37,460 bases of DNA from Armatimonadota bacterium (GCA_039679675.1 JBDKUN010000057.1:1-37460); one strand, 5' to 3'. Numbered from the stretch's first letter, positions 1-12,225 are shown. Notes: generated by a model from the sequence alone, not told the origin. Translations and numbers: made by a program.

Positions 1-28
1 GTTGTCCGAAATACATATTCAAGATATT

Positions 29-114
29 GTCGGTCTTCAGTAGCAAGAGGAAAGACATCCATCGGAATAGTACCTCCGATATCTCTTTCCCTATGGAAGC
101 CTACTGAAACCAAC
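29..114. other. Long three-stem imperfect hairpin downstream of hemB (candidate structured RNA or palindromic element)
   Basis: TTCAGTAG(36-43)/CTACTGAA(101-108), GGAAAGA(49-55)/TCTTTCC(84-90) and ATCGGA(61-66)/TCCGAT(75-80) are nested complementary arms. Confidence 0.5.
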
Positions 115-145
115 GGGGACTACTTAGATCCTCAGATACTGAATC

Positions 146-1123
146 CTAAATTCGCTTCATCCACCTTGCGGCGTCTTTGGCGTGGTAGGTAAGGATCAAA
201 TCTGCTCCGGCACGCTTTATAGAGGTCAAAATCTCCATTACGGCCCGCTCTTCGTCCAGCCAGCCGTTTTTTGCGGCCGCTTTCACCATGGAATACTCAC
301 CGGAAACATTGTATGCGGCAACCGGGACATCGGATTGCATTGCTGCATCGCTTATCACATCGAGGTACGGAAGCGCAGGCTTCACCATCACTATGTCTGC
401 GCCTTCCTCTATGTCGAGCGCGATTTCCATAGCTGCTTCGCGGCGGTTTGCAGGGTCCATCTGGTATCCGCACCGGTCGCCGAACTGCGGGGCGCTCTCG
501 GCTGCATCCCTGAACGGCCCGTAGAACGCAGATGCGTATTTGGCGGAGTAAGCCATTATCGAAGTATCCGTAAAGCCGTTGTTGTCGAGGGTCTCACGTA
601 TAGCAAGCACCCGACCGTCCATCATATCAGACGGCGCGACGATATCTGCTCCGGCCTCGGCGTGCGAAAGCGCCGTGCGGGCGATATATTCCAGCGTCTC
701 ATCGTTCAGGACGGTTTCATCCTGAACTATCCCGCAGTGGCCGTGTGAAGTGTATTCACACATGCACACATCCGTGATGACCACCATCTCGGGTATGCAT
801 TTTTTGATCTCGCGGACTGCGCGCTGGACTATCCCATCTGATGCGTAGGCTTCGCTTCCGACTTCGTCCTTATGAGCAGGAATCCCGAAGAGGAGAACGG
901 CGGGAATACCGAGTTCCGCCACTTCGTTAATCTCCCTGCAGATCGTGTCCACAGAAAAATGGTACACGTCGGGCATGGAAGGTATTTCCATCTTCACATC
1001 CAGCCCATGCGTTACGAAAAGCGGGTAGATGAGATCATCCGGCGTAATTTTCGTCTCGCGGACCATCCGCCTGATGCTCTCTGTTCTCCTAAGTCTTCTG
1101 CCTCTTGTGATGGGAAAGCTCAT
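146..1123 (-). CDS. hemB: Porphobilinogen synthase (delta-aminolevulinate dehydratase)
   Basis: RGRRLRR N-terminus, Zn site [40 protein letters not shown] Schiff-base Lys, AYNVSGEY. Confidence 0.97.
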   Translation of the reverse strand: MSFPITRGRRLRRTESIRRMVRETKITPDDLIYPLFVTHGLDVKMEIPSMPDVYHFSVDTICREINEVAELGIPAVLLFGIPAHKDEVGSEAYASDGIVQRAVREIKKCIPEMVVITDVCMCEYTSHGHCGIVQDETVLNDETLEYIARTALSHAEAGADIVAPSDMMDGRVLAIRETLDNNGFTDTSIMAYSAKYASAFYGPFRDAAESAPQFGDRCGYQMDPANRREAAMEIALDIEEGADIVMVKPALPYLDVISDAAMQSDVPVAAYNVSGEYSMVKAAAKNGWLDEERAVMEILTSIKRAGADLILTYHAKDAARWMKRI

Positions 1124-1147
1124 TTTTTACCTCATTATTTAAGATAT

Positions 1148-1363
1148 AGGATTCAGGGATGGGACTGGTGGAGACTCGTGCTTCGGGACGAACTGCGGTC
1201 CCGAAGCATAAGAATGTCATGTTAGACTATCACAACGTCATTCCGAGCTTGACTCGGAATCCAGGAAAAGAATGGACCCTGAATCTATGGATTTTCGGCT
1301 ATAGCCGAAAATCTTCCGGGAGAGTTTCAGGTATACCTGAAACTCCTTAGTTCAGGGTGACGT
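1148..1363. repeat. Composite REP-like palindromic element, copy A (copy B at 33792-34080)
   Basis: Largely collinear with 33792-34080. Contains TGCTTCGGGAC/GTCCCGAAGCA, a CGTC...GACG-bounded unit (1236-1362), and the nested hairpins ATTTTCGGCTATAGCCGAAAAT and GAGTTTCAGGTATACCTGAAACTC. Confidence 0.9.
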
Positions 1364-1381
1364 GGTTCAGTTCCCTGTTCC

Positions 1382-2569
1382 CTATCCAGAAATCTCCTCA
1401 TCCGTCAAATAACACGCCGGGTCTTCTGCCCAGATGTCGTTATGCACAGCGATTGCGCGCGAGCGGAAGTTACCGTTGCAAATACCCGCCCACTTGCAGT
1501 TCTTCTTAGCGCACCTGCCTTTAAGTAGCGGCCTGCGGTTCTTAAGTCCTGCCATTACTGGGTCGGATGTGTCCATCCATATCTCACTGAACTTGCGGTC
1601 CCGGACATTTCCGAATGTGTGATTTTGCCAGAACTGATCCGGGTGGACGTTTCCGACATTGTCTATGCACCCGATTCCTACCCCGGACTGGTTTCCGCCG
1701 TTCCACTTGAGAAGCTGCATGACCTCATCCAGCCGTTCGGACTTCTCGCGCTGCATCCTCATATAGAGATACGGCCCGTCGCAGTGGTTGTCAACAGTCA
1801 ATATATCTTTATTCAGCCCCCGGCGGTGGAAATCCATCGTGCGGTCCATGATCAGGTCGACGGCCTTCCGAGACTCCTCATGGGTCAGGTCTTCTTTCAC
1901 CATTTCGCTCCCTCTGCCGGTGTAGGCGAGGTGGTAGAAGCACGCGCGCGGAATCCGTTCTTCTTCAATAAAATCGAAAATAGCATTCAAATCGTTATAA
2001 TTGCGGCGGGTCATCGTGAGCCGGAGTCCCACCTTCTGACCGGCATCCACGCAGGCTTCGAATCCTCTCATGGCAGCGTCGAATGCGCCTGTCACCCCGC
2101 GGAACTGGTCGTTTATCTCCCCGATGCCGTCCAGAGAGATTCCTACATAGCCGAACCCGGTTTCTTTGATCTTTTGGGCGACTTTCGGCGTAATGAGCGT
2201 GCCGTTTGTCGATATTACCGGCCTTATTCCAAGTTTTGCGGCGAGTTCAGCTAGTTCGAACAGGTCTTCCCTCATGAGAGGCTCGCCGCCGGAGAAAAGG
2301 AGCACCGGCACGCTGAAATCGCCGAGATCTGCGATCATCCGCTTCGCTTCTTCCGTCGAAAGCTCGCCGTCGTAGCCACGATTTTCGGAGTTGGAGTAGC
2401 AGTGGACGCATTTCAGGTTGCACCGGCGGCTCATGTTCCAGACGACGACAGGTTTTTTATCCGATGAGTATTGCAGCAGGTGCGAGGGCATCTTCCCGCT
2501 CTTCCTGCCATAGCGCAGTGCATCACCCGGTGTCGCCGTACCGCAGTATAGTTTGGTTATTCCGATCAT
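1382..2569 (-). CDS. ahbC: Radical SAM/SPASM protein, 12,18-didecarboxysiroheme deacetylase AhbC (NirJ1-like)
   Basis: MIGITKLYCG N-terminus typical of AhbC, VVWNMSRRCNLKCVHCY (CxxxCxxC), SGGEPL, C-terminal Cys-rich SPASM region ending DPACYL. Lies between cobA/hemD and hemB. Confidence 0.85.
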   Translation of the reverse strand: MIGITKLYCGTATPGDALRYGRKSGKMPSHLLQYSSDKKPVVVWNMSRRCNLKCVHCYSNSENRGYDGELSTEEAKRMIADLGDFSVPVLLFSGGEPLMREDLFELAELAAKLGIRPVISTNGTLITPKVAQKIKETGFGYVGISLDGIGEINDQFRGVTGAFDAAMRGFEACVDAGQKVGLRLTMTRRNYNDLNAIFDFIEEERIPRACFYHLAYTGRGSEMVKEDLTHEESRKAVDLIMDRTMDFHRRGLNKDILTVDNHCDGPYLYMRMQREKSERLDEVMQLLKWNGGNQSGVGIGCIDNVGNVHPDQFWQNHTFGNVRDRKFSEIWMDTSDPVMAGLKNRRPLLKGRCAKKNCKWAGICNGNFRSRAIAVHNDIWAEDPACYLTDEEISG

Positions 2570-2585
2570 GTTTTATATCTCTTTG

Positions 2586-4085
2586 TTATCCGTTTAATCC
2601 GTGTTTCAACAACCCTTCCACCAACCCGTCAATCGTATACTCCTCCGCCACGACAGTCGGGTTCAGTCCGAGTTCGCGGGCGGTTTGAGCAGTGATAGGG
2701 CCGATGCAGGCGATAGTGATCTTCTCAGGCAGGTTCATGCAGCCCAAAAGGCTCATAAAATTTCTGACAGTAGATGAGCTGGTGAATGTGATTGCGTCGA
2801 TCTCGCCGTTTTCGATCATTTTCCGAACAGGAGCAGCATCAGAGTCCTCTATGACAGTCTCATAAAGGGTGGCGACCGTCACATCCGCGCCTCTTTCACG
2901 AAGCATGTCGGGAAGCACGTCGCGGGCATCTTTTGCCCTTGGAATAAAGATTTTCTTGCCCGATGGGTCTACAGGGAAGTCGCGCAAGACGGCTTCAGCC
3001 ACAAACTCAGATGGCACATATTCAACCCTGAGTCCGAAACCTTCCAGCGCCGAAGCAGTAGCCGGGCCAATTGCCGCAAGCTTCGCGCTGCCCATTGCGC
3101 GGACATCCAGCCCATGTTCCTTTAGCCACTCGACAAAATACCGGACACCGTTTGCGCTCGTGAAGATAATCCAGTCGTAATTTGAAGTCACAAACTCAAA
3201 ATCGGGGATGGGTATGGTCCTTATGACAGGGAATTCGATAACCTCGGCACCCAGTTCTTCCAGCTTTTCCGAAAGCACGCTTGCCTGCTCCCGGCTGCGG
3301 GTGACGATCACATATTTGCCGAAAAGCGGGCGGTTGTCGAACCATCTGAGACCGTCGCGAAGGTTTACGACTTCGCCCACGACCGTCACAGCGGGGGATT
3401 TAAATCCGGTTTCTTCTGCCTGCCTCACAATCGTCTCAAGCGTTCCGGTCAGGATCTCCTGCTCCGCTGTGGTCCCCCAACGGATGAGCGCAACAGGAGT
3501 TTCTTTCGGCCTTCCGTGCTTCACAAGCTCCGATACGATGTTCGGCAGGTTTTCAACCCCCATTAAAAAGACCAGCGTGTCGATTCCGGTTGCGACCTTG
3601 TCCCATTTGATCGATGATTTGGTCTTTGATGGGTCTTCGTGGCCGGTAATTATTCCAAATGTGGAGCAGAGCTTTCGGTGAGTGACCGGAATGCCTGCAT
3701 AGGCGGGGACTGCGATGGCTGAAGTGATGCCTGGGATGATTTCGAACGCTATTCCTTCTTTTGCCAGTTCCTCAGCCTCTTCGCCGCCCCGTCCAAAGAC
3801 GAAAGGATCGCCGCCCTTCAGCCGTGCGACGATCTTGCCTTCCTTTGCCTTATCGACGAGCAGCCGGTTTATCTCTTCCTGCTTCATCGTGTGCCGGTTC
3901 GATTCCTTGCCGACATAAACCAGCTCGGCATCAGGTTTCGCGTGCTTTAAAATAGCAGGATGGACCAGTCTGTCGTAGACGATGACATCCGCGCGAGAAA
4001 GAGCCACCGCCCCTTTTATGGTAAGGAGCTTGGGGTCCCCCGGACCAGCGCCTATAAGGTAAACTTTGGCAGTAGTTTTATTCAT
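2586..4085 (-). CDS. cobA: Fused uroporphyrinogen-III C-methyltransferase / uroporphyrinogen-III synthase (CobA-HemD)
   Basis: VYLIGAGPGDP and RLKGGDPFVFGRGGEE (SUMT), then VTRSREQA, FTSANGV and FTSSSTV (HemD). Start placed at MNKTT (4085). Confidence 0.93.
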   Translation of the reverse strand: MNKTTAKVYLIGAGPGDPKLLTIKGAVALSRADVIVYDRLVHPAILKHAKPDAELVYVGKESNRHTMKQEEINRLLVDKAKEGKIVARLKGGDPFVFGRGGEEAEELAKEGIAFEIIPGITSAIAVPAYAGIPVTHRKLCSTFGIITGHEDPSKTKSSIKWDKVATGIDTLVFLMGVENLPNIVSELVKHGRPKETPVALIRWGTTAEQEILTGTLETIVRQAEETGFKSPAVTVVGEVVNLRDGLRWFDNRPLFGKYVIVTRSREQASVLSEKLEELGAEVIEFPVIRTIPIPDFEFVTSNYDWIIFTSANGVRYFVEWLKEHGLDVRAMGSAKLAAIGPATASALEGFGLRVEYVPSEFVAEAVLRDFPVDPSGKKIFIPRAKDARDVLPDMLRERGADVTVATLYETVIEDSDAAPVRKMIENGEIDAITFTSSSTVRNFMSLLGCMNLPEKITIACIGPITAQTARELGLNPTVVAEEYTIDGLVEGLLKHGLNG

Positions 4086-4200
4086 ATCAAAATGGCACCT
4101 GAAACCCATTATAGCACACGCCACTCAGGCTGCCTGATATACCTCCACGCACGTAATGTATACTATACCCTCTTGTTAAGAATTGAACTGCTACTCCGAC

Positions 4201-4229
4201 TTGACACTCGGTTGCTGCATTAATACCAT
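4201..4229 (+). promoter_or_regulatory. Putative sigma70 promoter of ligA
   Basis: TTGACA-N17-TACCAT, about 35 bp upstream of the ligA ATG. Confidence 0.6.
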
Positions 4230-4243
4230 GTGTGTGCTCCTAA

Positions 4244-6738
<2,495 letters not shown>

Positions 6739-7053
6739 TCATGAGCCCGAAGTAAGTGAAGAGTCGAAAGAGACACAGACTGAGCAAGAGGAGACGGCCA
6801 CTGGAGACGCTTATTCGCTCATACAGTGGGTTATCCTGATGCTTACGGAGAGCGCCTGGCAGTGGATGGGTGTTCGAGTCAACTCAGTTACCAAAAAGAT
6901 AGAGCAGGATTTTACTCAGGCCAAGGTGCTGGTCGACAGTGTCGCATATTTGGTGGACCAGGTGTCTCCGCACGTCTCCGAAGAGCAGAAAAATGCATAT
7001 AAATCGCTCGTAAGCGACCTGCGCGTGAACTTTGTACAGAAGAGCCGGACCAG

Positions 7054-7548
7054 TTAAAGTCCGGCTCCATAGTGGACAACAGTGCGGCCGGTACGCTGGC
7101 CGTTTCTGTGCCATCCGATCTTCGTCATTTTAATTCTTGTGCCGAGGTTGGGCTGGGACCAGTAATCTACCGAATCCATAAGGTTCTTTATAAGGACTAT
7201 TCCAAGCCCGCCTTCACGTTCTCTCGATTTTTCCGGCGGCGGGGCCTTTTCGCTGACCGGGACTCTAAAACCGATTCCACGGTCCGCGACTTCCACCGTC
7301 AGCTTACCGCCGGTCTTCCAGCAGCGCACGACTACGGGTTCGGACCCATCCGCATTTTCGTAGGCATGCCTTACGATATTAGAAACGGCTTCAGACGCCG
7401 CGACTTTTACTTCCTCCACGGCTTCCGATGACAGTGGCACCGAATCGGCCAGCTCGGCTACCAGCGCCCGGACAGTCCTTACATACTCCGGCTTACACGG
7501 CACCCTAAGCTCAACGCTCTCGACGTTGCTGCGTTGTCTCATAGCCAT
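7054..7548 (-). CDS. RsbW/SpoIIAB-like anti-sigma factor (GHKL ATPase)
   Basis: EAVSNIVRHAY (N box), DRGIGF (G1), GGLGIVLI (G2), GTRIKM. Confidence 0.88.
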   Translation of the reverse strand: MAMRQRSNVESVELRVPCKPEYVRTVRALVAELADSVPLSSEAVEEVKVAASEAVSNIVRHAYENADGSEPVVVRCWKTGGKLTVEVADRGIGFRVPVSEKAPPPEKSREREGGLGIVLIKNLMDSVDYWSQPNLGTRIKMTKIGWHRNGQRTGRTVVHYGAGL

Positions 7549-7612
7549 ATCACGTGCAAACCTTCCTCAGCGACGGACGCGATCCGTCCTGCAAGTTTTA
7601 TGTAGTGGTTTC

Positions 7613-7638
7613 ATTTTCGGCTGCGAGCAGCCGAAAAT
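7613..7638. repeat. Stand-alone copy of the ATTTTCGGCT...AGCCGAAAAT hairpin module
   Basis: ATTTTCGGCTGC-GA-GCAGCCGAAAAT has the same outer arms as the modules starting at 1291 and 33981. Confidence 0.65.
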
Positions 7639-7654
7639 CTGTGCCTAATCTCTT

Positions 7655-7680
7655 GTACCCGGGCGCTTATGCTGTGAAAC
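7655..7680 (-). promoter_or_regulatory. SigB/SigF-type promoter upstream of the RsbW-like gene
   Basis: The minus strand reads GTTTCA-N14-GGGTAC, against the SigB consensus GTTTAA-N12-14-GGGTAT. Confidence 0.6.
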
Positions 7681-7708
7681 TTTCCGGCGATTCGGGCGCT
7701 TCAGCGCC

Positions 7709-8869
7709 TTATTCCACTTTCTCCCATTTTCCGGTATTGCTGGACTTCTCCATGGCTTCGAGGACCATCTGGCATTTCAGCCCGTCGGCAAAACTGGGTG
7801 ACGGCATCTCATCCCGCGCTATTGCGTTCATCAGGTTGACTACCTGGTGCACGAAGGTCTCTCCCCAGCCGATTATGTGTCCGGCGGGCCACCACCCTTC
7901 TTCGTAAGGGTGTATACCTTCGGTCACGCTGATGGTGCGCCAGCCCTGCAGTCCCTCCGGGTCTTCACTGTTATAGTATTGAAGCTCGTTCATCCGCTCT
8001 ATATCGAACCTGATCGATCCCTTTTCCCCGTTGATCTCGAACCTGTTGCCGTTTCGGTTGCCTGTGGCAAAACGGGTGGCTTCAATGGTGCCGATTGCCC
8101 CGTTTTTGAACTTGGCAAGCGCTATTACGGCATCATCCACCGTGACCTCACCTGTCTCCTTGGCAGCCTTTGCGCCAAGTCCTTCTGTAGTTTCCGCGAG
8201 CTTCGGTCTCTTTTTGATGAAGGTGGTGAGGTTGCTCGATACTTCGTCTATGTTGCCTACCAGCCAGTTGGCGAGGTCTATGGAATGGGCTGCAAGGTCG
8301 CCGAGCGAACCGGAACCTGCAAGATTTTTCTCAAGCCGCCAAACGAGAGGAAATGCGGGGTCGACTATCCAGTCCTGCAGATAGACCGAGCGCCAGTGGA
8401 ATATCCGGCCTATCAGCCCGCTGTCGATCATCTTCTTTGCGAGCGCAACTGCCGGGACGGTGCGGTAGTTGAAGTTGATCATATGTTTTACACCCGCCCG
8501 CTCTACCGCTTCGAGCATCTGTTTTGCCTCAGCGACACTCATAGCAAGCGGTTTTTCGCAGAATATGTCTTTCCCGGCTGCAGCGGCGGCGATGGCTATC
8601 TCGGCATGCACATTATTGCCGGTCGCTATGTCTACAAGGTCGATGTCATCGCGGCTGATGAGTTTGCGATAGTCGGTCTCGTAGCTTTCCCATCCGAACC
8701 GGTGCATTGCCTCCACAGTCGCGGCTGCATCGCGGCCGACGATTGTCTTCATAACCGGCTCAGCCTCGATAGCTGGAAACATACAGGCAGCATTTTTAAA
8801 CCCGAAGCTGTGGGCTTTGCCCATAAACTTGTAGCCGATCATACCTACATTGATTCTTCTCTTCGCCAT
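7709..8869 (-). CDS. Gfo/Idh/MocA-family oxidoreductase
   Basis: IGYKFMGKAH Rossmann start, FCEKPLA, GSLGDLAAHSIDL; RBS GGAGG upstream. Confidence 0.93.
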   Translation of the reverse strand: MAKRRINVGMIGYKFMGKAHSFGFKNAACMFPAIEAEPVMKTIVGRDAAATVEAMHRFGWESYETDYRKLISRDDIDLVDIATGNNVHAEIAIAAAAAGKDIFCEKPLAMSVAEAKQMLEAVERAGVKHMINFNYRTVPAVALAKKMIDSGLIGRIFHWRSVYLQDWIVDPAFPLVWRLEKNLAGSGSLGDLAAHSIDLANWLVGNIDEVSSNLTTFIKKRPKLAETTEGLGAKAAKETGEVTVDDAVIALAKFKNGAIGTIEATRFATGNRNGNRFEINGEKGSIRFDIERMNELQYYNSEDPEGLQGWRTISVTEGIHPYEEGWWPAGHIIGWGETFVHQVVNLMNAIARDEMPSPSFADGLKCQMVLEAMEKSSNTGKWEKVE

Positions 8870-8884
8870 TACGATTCCTCCGAA

Positions 8885-8930
8885 GACAAAACAATAGGGC
8901 GAATGGTTTTGTATAAAACCATTCGCCCTA
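8885..8930 (-). terminator. Intrinsic-terminator-like hairpin after the PrsA-like gene
   Basis: 16-bp perfect arms TAGGGCGAATGGTTTT/AAAACCATTCGCCCTA with a 4-nt loop, followed on the minus strand by TTGTTTTG. Confidence 0.6.
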
Positions 8931-8975
8931 ATCTAACATGCCAAACCCAGGCAAGTCCAGCCCGGATTAGATTAT

Positions 8976-10112
8976 TTACTTAGCCGGCTGCGGTTTGGGA
9001 GCAGCTTTGGTCGGAGGGACCATCTGCTCGTCAGGTGTCTCCAGCGACTTCGGCGCCGGGAGCGCCGGTACGAGGATGTTATTCACCTTTGCACTGCTTT
9101 TGATCGAGTTGAACACACTGCCCATCTCTGTTTGCATCTTCTGGGAAAGTATCCGCTTTCTTATGGAATCCTTCTCAGCCGGGCTTGCATCTTTGCCGAG
9201 CTTGTCTACCTTTACCAGGTGGTAGCCGAACTGTGTTTTGACCGGCTCACTGATCTCTCCTGCCTTCAGCTTGAAAGCAACCTGAGAGAACTGCGGGATC
9301 ATCTCGTCACTCTTGAACCAACCAAGTTCTCCGCCTTTATCCTTGTTGGACGGATCATCGGAGTATTCTTTCGCAGCCTGTTCGAACGACTTGCCGGCTT
9401 TGATCTCCACCAACACTTTTTCAGCGGTCTCCTTGGCGGTTGCGTCAGCCTTGGCTTTTTCCTCTTCAGTCGCATTGGGTTCGGTCGCTGCGGGTCTTAT
9501 AAGAATATGGCGTGCCTTAATAAACTGGGAGTACTCTGCATCGGTCAATTGAGACTGCTTTTCGACGATCTTCTCAAGAGCGAGCTGCATGGTAATCTGT
9601 GACTCTAGCCTGGCGCGCGTTATCTTGCTTCGCTGCAGAGCAGACTCGATAGTCTCTCCGGGCGGAAGCTGGGTTTTCTCTATCTCAGTGATCTTTGCAT
9701 TTAGATCAGACTGAGTGACGTTGAGGCCATCCTTTTTCAAGGCCTGAAGTGTCATCTTCGAATTTATACACTCTTCCAGCGCTTGAGGAGCGTACCAATC
9801 CCACAAAGCGGTCATCAGCTCACCTTTGGTAATATTCTCATTACCGACGGTGGCGACAACGGCGGAATCAGGTCCGGATTTGAATTTCTTCAGGTTGGCT
9901 TCCATTGTAGGCTTTACTGCCTGGGTAGCCGGTTTTGTCGGCGCAGCAGATTTTGCGACAGCCGGTTTCGCCGGAGTAGTTTTGGCGGGCGCTGCCTTAG
10001 CAACGGGCGCCTTCTTTACCGCTGGTTTTGCCTGCTCAGCAGCCCAGACGGTGCTCGGAATGGCCACGGCCACTACCAACGCGGTTGTGGCGATAAGCCT
10101 CTTATTGAGCAT
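8976..10112 (-). CDS. Secreted parvulin-type peptidyl-prolyl isomerase (PrsA/SurA-like foldase)
   Basis: Signal peptide (MLNKRLI...VWA), Ala/Lys/Pro linker, KARHILI, FEQAAKEYSDD...KGGELGWF, KTQFGYHLV. RBS AAGGAG supports the start at 10112. Confidence 0.9.
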   Translation of the reverse strand: MLNKRLIATTALVVAVAIPSTVWAAEQAKPAVKKAPVAKAAPAKTTPAKPAVAKSAAPTKPATQAVKPTMEANLKKFKSGPDSAVVATVGNENITKGELMTALWDWYAPQALEECINSKMTLQALKKDGLNVTQSDLNAKITEIEKTQLPPGETIESALQRSKITRARLESQITMQLALEKIVEKQSQLTDAEYSQFIKARHILIRPAATEPNATEEEKAKADATAKETAEKVLVEIKAGKSFEQAAKEYSDDPSNKDKGGELGWFKSDEMIPQFSQVAFKLKAGEISEPVKTQFGYHLVKVDKLGKDASPAEKDSIRKRILSQKMQTEMGSVFNSIKSSAKVNNILVPALPAPKSLETPDEQMVPPTKAAPKPQPAK

Positions 10113-10260
10113 AGATTGCACTCCTTTCAAGCTTGAGGTAGTTAACAGGTAAATGTTACTACAATAAAAATCAATGGTCAACAACATAACAAGGTCGGAA
10201 GTAACGAGGTATGAGGGATGAGAAATGAGTGGTGGAAGTCTATACCATCCCTTTTTCTGT

Positions 10261-12225
10261 TTAAATAAATATCTTGTAAGCCTGCACATTCAGTAATGGG
10301 CCGATGATCGCCCAAATCGAGCCTATGGTGAAATCCCCGAGGATGAGCCCGAGGAAAAGCGGCAGTAGTGTGTTGTGCAGCTTCATGCCGCCGAATTTGA
10401 CGATTAAGGATTTTATCGCCCAGCCTACGAAGAATGCGAACCAGAAGTAATCCATCGCGTAGCTGACCGCAAGCGCATACCCCGCCGGGTGGAATGGCCA
10501 CCAGATGAACGAGCCTCTTACTGCCCGGAGCGCGAAGACGATTACACCGCCGACCACCATATAAGCCATCCGCACAGTTTCGGGCGGCGTCTGTTTCTGC
10601 ATCCAGGATGTGAGCCTGTCGAACGACTCTGCTCCTACCCAGCTTTTGAACCCGAGAGCCTTCGCCTGCGCGCCCGCGCTGTATGTCACTTGCATGTTCG
10701 CCCAGAAAGTGGCGATTATGCCGACAACTGTAGCGAGCGCTATGACCCCGATGAGCGGTTTCATCCGTATGTTCGTTCCTTCAGCCATCTTGAACGACTC
10801 AAGCTGGTTGGGCATCGGGTGGCTCCTGTAGCACCTGTTGAACCAGTACATACTGGAGAGAATTGTCAGGTTAGCCGGACCGATAGCCGTCAAACCGAAA
10901 GTATTTACCAGAATCCCCACCGGGTTTACGAACACGATCTCATGCGGTGTTCCAAGCTCTGCCCTGACCCTGGTGATCCCGATGGCGAGAATGAAATAGA
11001 TAGCGAAAAACAAGAACGCCACCCACCGGGAGAGCCCGAAGTAGTCCGAGAAGAACATCAGGAATATCATTCCGAGGCCGATGGTGATGAATGCTCCGCG
11101 GTCGATCTTCGCTTCGTCATCGATCACAGAATCACCCGTTTTTTTGCGCCATGCGGACTTCCAGAGCGTCATGACATGCTTTCTGGTTCCCCAAGCCACC
11201 AGTATGCCGAGGGTAATCCATGCTCCGGCTGACTGTTCCTCGAAGTAAGGGAATGTTCCGGCCACGCTGTCCCAGCCTTGTGCAGCCCCCACTATCTGCC
11301 AGACTTTTCTTGCGACATAGAAGAACCAGCAGGAAAAAGACAGATCGAGCGGGATAAAATACACCAGTCCGATGATAAATGGATACATCGAGATGCTGAG
11401 CCCCGCTCCGCCCACTGTTGCCGCGCTCCATGGCCGGGTAGTGATGAACGGTGTGAGACTGAACATCTTTATTCCCTGAATCTGCGGCCATGACGGGAAG
11501 AAGACATGCAGGCCGTTCACGATGCCTATAATAACGGGAATCGAGAACCCGATCCACATCATCCTGTTCTTGTAAAACTTTTCCTTGCTGTCCGCATCAG
11601 TCATAGCAAGCGGCAGCCGGACAAGGGGAAATGTCAGTTTTTCGTTCTCTGTCCACTGCTTTCGGATGAGTATGTTGATCGACATCATCATAGACATCAG
11701 TACGGTCATCAAGAGTGCCCAGAGAGAAAGTGGTTTTATCCAGTACTGAAGTATTTCCCATCTCCAGGGGTTCATTCCCCCCTCGTAAAACCCCTTGACT
11801 GCCTTGGGGTCGAAGACAAACAGGTCGGAAGGCAGGTATTTGAACCACAGCCCCCGCCAGCCATTAGACGGCGTCGCCATCCGCGCTGGGTGAGCTATTG
11901 TTCCGAACAGGTTCTGGAACATGTCGTGCGAGGCCATGACCGAACCCGTTACGATCATGATATAGATCACAAGGAGTTCGCCCTGTTCCAGCGCGAACCG
12001 TGGAAACATCTGTCTGATCGATAGGTTTGCTATGGCTAAAACGAAGAGGATGAATATCGGGGTGACGAAAATCGGCAGGCACGTGCCGTCGAGTGCATAC
12101 CACCTGACTTCTATAACCGTTATCCAGTATATATTGACCGGTATCAGGATAAGTGCCAGGAGAATGGCGCGCAGGCTGGTGCCGCTGCGCCTTGATTTAT
12201 GCTGAGTCTTCTCTGTCATTAACAT
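10261..12225 (-). CDS. Polytopic membrane protein, DUF6785/DUF6784-like (putative transporter)
   Basis: Many TM segments; QWTENEKLTFPL, RVRAELG, WWPFHPAGY and PLFLGLILG motifs recalled for this family. Confidence 0.7.
   Translation of the reverse strand: MLMTEKTQHKSRRSGTSLRAILLALILIPVNIYWITVIEVRWYALDGTCLPIFVTPIFILFVLAIANLSIRQMFPRFALEQGELLVIYIMIVTGSVMASHDMFQNLFGTIAHPARMATPSNGWRGLWFKYLPSDLFVFDPKAVKGFYEGGMNPWRWEILQYWIKPLSLWALLMTVLMSMMMSINILIRKQWTENEKLTFPLVRLPLAMTDADSKEKFYKNRMMWIGFSIPVIIGIVNGLHVFFPSWPQIQGIKMFSLTPFITTRPWSAATVGGAGLSISMYPFIIGLVYFIPLDLSFSCWFFYVARKVWQIVGAAQGWDSVAGTFPYFEEQSAGAWITLGILVAWGTRKHVMTLWKSAWRKKTGDSVIDDEAKIDRGAFITIGLGMIFLMFFSDYFGLSRWVAFLFFAIYFILAIGITRVRAELGTPHEIVFVNPVGILVNTFGLTAIGPANLTILSSMYWFNRCYRSHPMPNQLESFKMAEGTNIRMKPLIGVIALATVVGIIATFWANMQVTYSAGAQAKALGFKSWVGAESFDRLTSWMQKQTPPETVRMAYMVVGGVIVFALRAVRGSFIWWPFHPAGYALAVSYAMDYFWFAFFVGWAIKSLIVKFGGMKLHNTLLPLFLGLILGDFTIGSIWAIIGPLLNVQAYKIFI

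Noticed and set aside
29..114. attC site
   Set aside because: The GTY and RAC ends are in the wrong order on both strands for an attC.
139..1156. 10-bp inverted repeat CTGAATCCTA/TAGGATTCAG flanking hemB
   Set aside because: Short, flanks a housekeeping gene, no transposase or target duplication; plausibly chance or a low-complexity repeat edge.
1159..1350. 63-aa ORF, and the similar 72-aa ORF at 33803-34021
   Set aside because: Both lie wholly in the palindromic repeat, and the frame is not preserved between the copies.
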